Assembly: GCA_963827755.1 (NCBI GenBank)
Contig: CAWHCQ010000009.1
Span: 1 to 64,000 of the forward strand
Reading direction: 5' to 3'
Origin: an uncultured Gammaproteobacteria bacterium
GTDB lineage: Bacteria; Pseudomonadota; Gammaproteobacteria; UBA9214
DNA length: 64,000 nt
The notes beneath the pieces are model-generated. The model was not told the DNA's origin. It saw only the letters and a program-made list of their open reading frames with translations, and ran no database searches. Position numbers and translations under genes: made by a program. This document shows, one piece after another, positions 61,154 to 64,000 of the stretch; the first letter of the stretch is position 1; every line of letters begins with the position of its first letter.

Positions 61154-63031
61154 ATGAACACGCACGCCAAAACCGCCGCTAGCGGGAATCTCCAGGCGAT
61201 TCTCGACGAAATCAATGCCCTGCTGCAGGCCGCCAACGGCATCGATGAAACGCGCGCCAAGAAAGTGCGCAATGCCATCGAAACCCTGCGCAACACCGGC
61301 AACACGCTCGCTGCCGGGGAAGAACAGCCCGCCGATGGCCCGCCGGCCGATGACGACACCGCAGAAGACAAGGCGATGAATGCGCAAATCGATACCGCCC
61401 TGGAAGAGCTGCGCATGCGCGTACACAGGCAGGTGCAGCGCCGCAACCGCGACTATGAGAAAGCACAACAGCTGATGGATGAGGTAGAAACCGCGCTCAA
61501 GGCGAACGAACTGCAATCGGCGGAACGCGCCTATCACAAGACGATGTCCGTCATGGGGAATATCCCGGGGCTGTCCGAACAGCGCTGGCAGGACATCGAA
61601 AAGCGGCTGAAGCGTGTCCGCCCGCAGCTGCGCAAGCTCGAGTCCTGGCGCCACTGGGGTACCACACAGGCACGCCGGCAACTCATCGACCAGGTAAAGC
61701 AGCTGAAAGACGCCGGCCTGCCGCCGGAAAAACTCGCCGTGCAAATAAAGCAGGCACGCGAGCAATGGCAGGCCTGGAACAAATCCGGCGATCACTCGGG
61801 CAAAGGGCTGTGGAAGGAATTCGACAGCACTTGCGAGGAGGCCTACAAACCCTGCGCCGTGCATTTTAAAAAGCTGAGGAAACTCCGCGCGGAAAACCTT
61901 GGCCAGCGCCAGGCCATTATTGATGATCTTGACGCGCGCTACGCGTCGACCGACTGGAAACATCCCGACTGGCGCGACATCAACAAATACACCAGTCAGG
62001 CCCGCCGCAATTTCTACAAAATCGGTCATGTCGACAACAAGCATCGCAAGCCGCTTGCCAGGGCACTGGACGAGGCGCTTGAAAAATTTGAAGAGCACCT
62101 CGGCAGCGAACGCGAGCGCTCCCTGAGAATCCGGGAAAAGCTCATCACCGATATCGAGGCACTGGACGAAGTGGTCAACCTGCGCGACGCCCTCGAGCGG
62201 CTTGAAGCACTGAAAAAACAATGGACGGTCACGGTCACCGGCAAGCGCACGCTGGAAAACAAACTGTGGGAGCGCTTGCAGGCGGCCTGCGACCGCACCT
62301 ACCGGCGCCGCGATGCCGAACGCAAGCAACGGGATGCCGAATGCAATGCAAACCTGAAGCAAAAGCAGGCGCTGATCGAGGAACTGACCGGCGCCGCCGC
62401 AGCGGGCGACGCGGAATTGCTTGCCAACACCTCGATACTCGCGCGGACCAGGCAGCAGTGGGAAACCATCGGCCGGGTATCGCGCAAGGATGAACAAGGA
62501 CTGGACAAGCGCTGGCGTGCGGCACAACAGCAATTCACTTGCGCCCGGCAGGCTGCGGAATCCATGGCCCATGCCTCTGCGCTGGATAACCTCGCCAAAC
62601 GCGCCGCCCTGTGTAGTCGGTGGGAGCAGGCTGTCCTGACCGGTAGCGCGATCCAGCCGGATGCTGTCGAGGCCGAGTGGGCCGCCCTGCCCGCGCTTGC
62701 CAGCGCCTATGCCGCGGCAATCCAGCAGCGCTTCAGCCAGGCCCTCAACCGTCCCGACGACACGACACTGTCAAGCAACCATGCAGCGAAGAAAGCGGTC
62801 TGTCTCAAGCTGGAAGTCCTGCTGGAACTGGAATCACCGCAAGACTGCCAGGCCGAACGCATGGCCTACAAGGTCGAACGGCTCAATGCAGCAATGAAAA
62901 AGACACTCGACGCAGAGGACTCGCCCGAGGACCTGCTGCTGGCGGCACTGACCACCGGCGCCGTACCTGCCGAGGCCGCCGGGGCCATCGAAAGACGCAT
63001 CGAGGACTGCCTGGCGCGTTTCAAGCCGTAA
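61154..63031 (+). CDS. DUF349 domain protein
   Basis: Repeated helical units with W..IG.V and LW..F...C motifs. Confidence 0.8.
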   Translation: MNTHAKTAASGNLQAILDEINALLQAANGIDETRAKKVRNAIETLRNTGNTLAAGEEQPADGPPADDDTAEDKAMNAQIDTALEELRMRVHRQVQRRNRDYEKAQQLMDEVETALKANELQSAERAYHKTMSVMGNIPGLSEQRWQDIEKRLKRVRPQLRKLESWRHWGTTQARRQLIDQVKQLKDAGLPPEKLAVQIKQAREQWQAWNKSGDHSGKGLWKEFDSTCEEAYKPCAVHFKKLRKLRAENLGQRQAIIDDLDARYASTDWKHPDWRDINKYTSQARRNFYKIGHVDNKHRKPLARALDEALEKFEEHLGSERERSLRIREKLITDIEALDEVVNLRDALERLEALKKQWTVTVTGKRTLENKLWERLQAACDRTYRRRDAERKQRDAECNANLKQKQALIEELTGAAAAGDAELLANTSILARTRQQWETIGRVSRKDEQGLDKRWRAAQQQFTCARQAAESMAHASALDNLAKRAALCSRWEQAVLTGSAIQPDAVEAEWAALPALASAYAAAIQQRFSQALNRPDDTTLSSNHAAKKAVCLKLEVLLELESPQDCQAERMAYKVERLNAAMKKTLDAEDSPEDLLLAALTTGAVPAEAAGAIERRIEDCLARFKP

Positions 63032-63162
63032 ATGGTGTCAGCCTGTTTTCCGCTTATGTCGAAAAAGGGGCCGGAATTTCCTGACCATATCGGAAACAGA
63101 CATAATATTCAGGCGCAGCGTCGCCCCCACCCGGAACCGGAAAACAGCCGAGGAAAATCCCC

Positions 63163-64000
63163 ATGACTGAAAACAGTTCAACGCACAGTCCCTCGCAGCA
63201 AGGCAATGATGCTGACCATATCAATGAAATGTTCGCGCTGGTCAAGCCGCACTCGCCGCTGAATATCATCAATACCCTGCACGATGAACCCGATGACGTG
63301 TTCGCGCAGGTGCTCGACCGCCTGCCGCAATCCATGGCCATGCGGGTACTGCACCACCTGCCCGTGGCAAGAAGCACGGCCATCGTCAGCAGCTTCGATT
63401 TCGAAGCGGGCCGGCAATGGATGACCACCCGCCACTACCCGGAGGACAGCCTTGGCCGGCTGATCTGCAAGCCGCACGGCGTATTCAGCCCGGAGACCAC
63501 GGCAGCAGAGGCCATTCGCGAGATTCGTGCGCTGGTGACGCGCAGCATGATTACCTACGGCTACGTGGTGGATGCCGGGCAGCGCCTGGTCGGCATACTG
63601 GTGATGCGCGACCTGATGCTGGCAAGGCCCGAACAGCCGCTCAGCGAGATCATGCTCGCGCACCCGTTCTCGTTCAAGCCGGAAACACCCGTCAGTGACG
63701 CGATGCAGGCGATGGTTCGCCGTCATTACCCGACCTACCCGGTGTGCGATGAAGACGAGAAGCTCATCGGTGTCATCAACGGTGACGTGCTGTTCGGCGA
63801 GTACACCTTTCACCTCAGCGCACAGTCCGGCCAGATGGTCGGTGTTGAAAAGGAAGAACACCTGAATACGTCCTGGCCACGCAGCCTGCGGCTGCGGCAC
63901 CCCTGGCTGCAGCTGAACCTGTTCACCGCGTTTGTCGCGGCCTTTGTCGTCGGCCTGTTCGAGGACACCATCCAGCAGGTGGTACTGCTTGCCGTGTTCC
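63163..64000 (+). CDS. mgtE: Magnesium transporter MgtE (3' partial; absent from the ORF track)
   Basis: Translated by hand: YPEDSLGRL, CBS pair (YVVD..LVGILVMRDL), RHPWLQLNL first TM. Confidence 0.88.
   Translation, partial: MTENSSTHSPSQQGNDADHINEMFALVKPHSPLNIINTLHDEPDDVFAQVLDRLPQSMAMRVLHHLPVARSTAIVSSFDFEAGRQWMTTRHYPEDSLGRLICKPHGVFSPETTAAEAIREIRALVTRSMITYGYVVDAGQRLVGILVMRDLMLARPEQPLSEIMLAHPFSFKPETPVSDAMQAMVRRHYPTYPVCDEDEKLIGVINGDVLFGEYTFHLSAQSGQMVGVEKEEHLNTSWPRSLRLRHPWLQLNLFTAFVAAFVVGLFEDTIQQVVLLAVF

Noticed and set aside
1-64000. tRNA, rRNA, integrase, transposase or prophage genes
   Set aside because: No recognisable signatures seen by eye. tRNAscan-SE and Infernal were not run.

Overview
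GC-rich chromosomal segment of a gammaproteobacterium, probably a sulfur oxidiser. That lifestyle is inferred from a SoxH-like MBL, a DsrC/TusE-like remnant, a SOR-like protein, an MddA-like protein and Gly/Tyr/Pro-rich exported proteins; no diagnostic sox or dsr core genes are present. It holds about 60 genes: housekeeping (dbpA, ppdK, DAHP synthase, ahr, tesA-ybbAP, clsB-like, yhiN, mgtE, a P-type ATPase), a hipBA toxin-antitoxin module and many uncharacterised genes. About a dozen genes between 2 and 43 kb are split by frameshifts, almost all single-base insertions, which points to uncorrected long-read errors rather than true pseudogenes. Repairing them reveals two hidden fusions (dienelactone-hydrolase-like + SoxH-like MBL; DUF971 + MoaD-like). 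Intergenic spaces carry up to seven distinct short palindromic repeat families, including a tandem REP array at about 23.2-23.7 kb. I found no rRNA, tRNA, CRISPR array, transposase or prophage. The best leads are a half-size sulfur oxygenase reductase-like protein next to an MddA-like methyltransferase, the exported DLH-MBL fusion with non-canonical active sites, a Tat-signal aldo/keto reductase coupled to an NTT-like transporter, a DUF1538 + two P-II operon, and an internally deleted DsrC-like gene. All family assignments come from motif recognition by eye; no searches were run.
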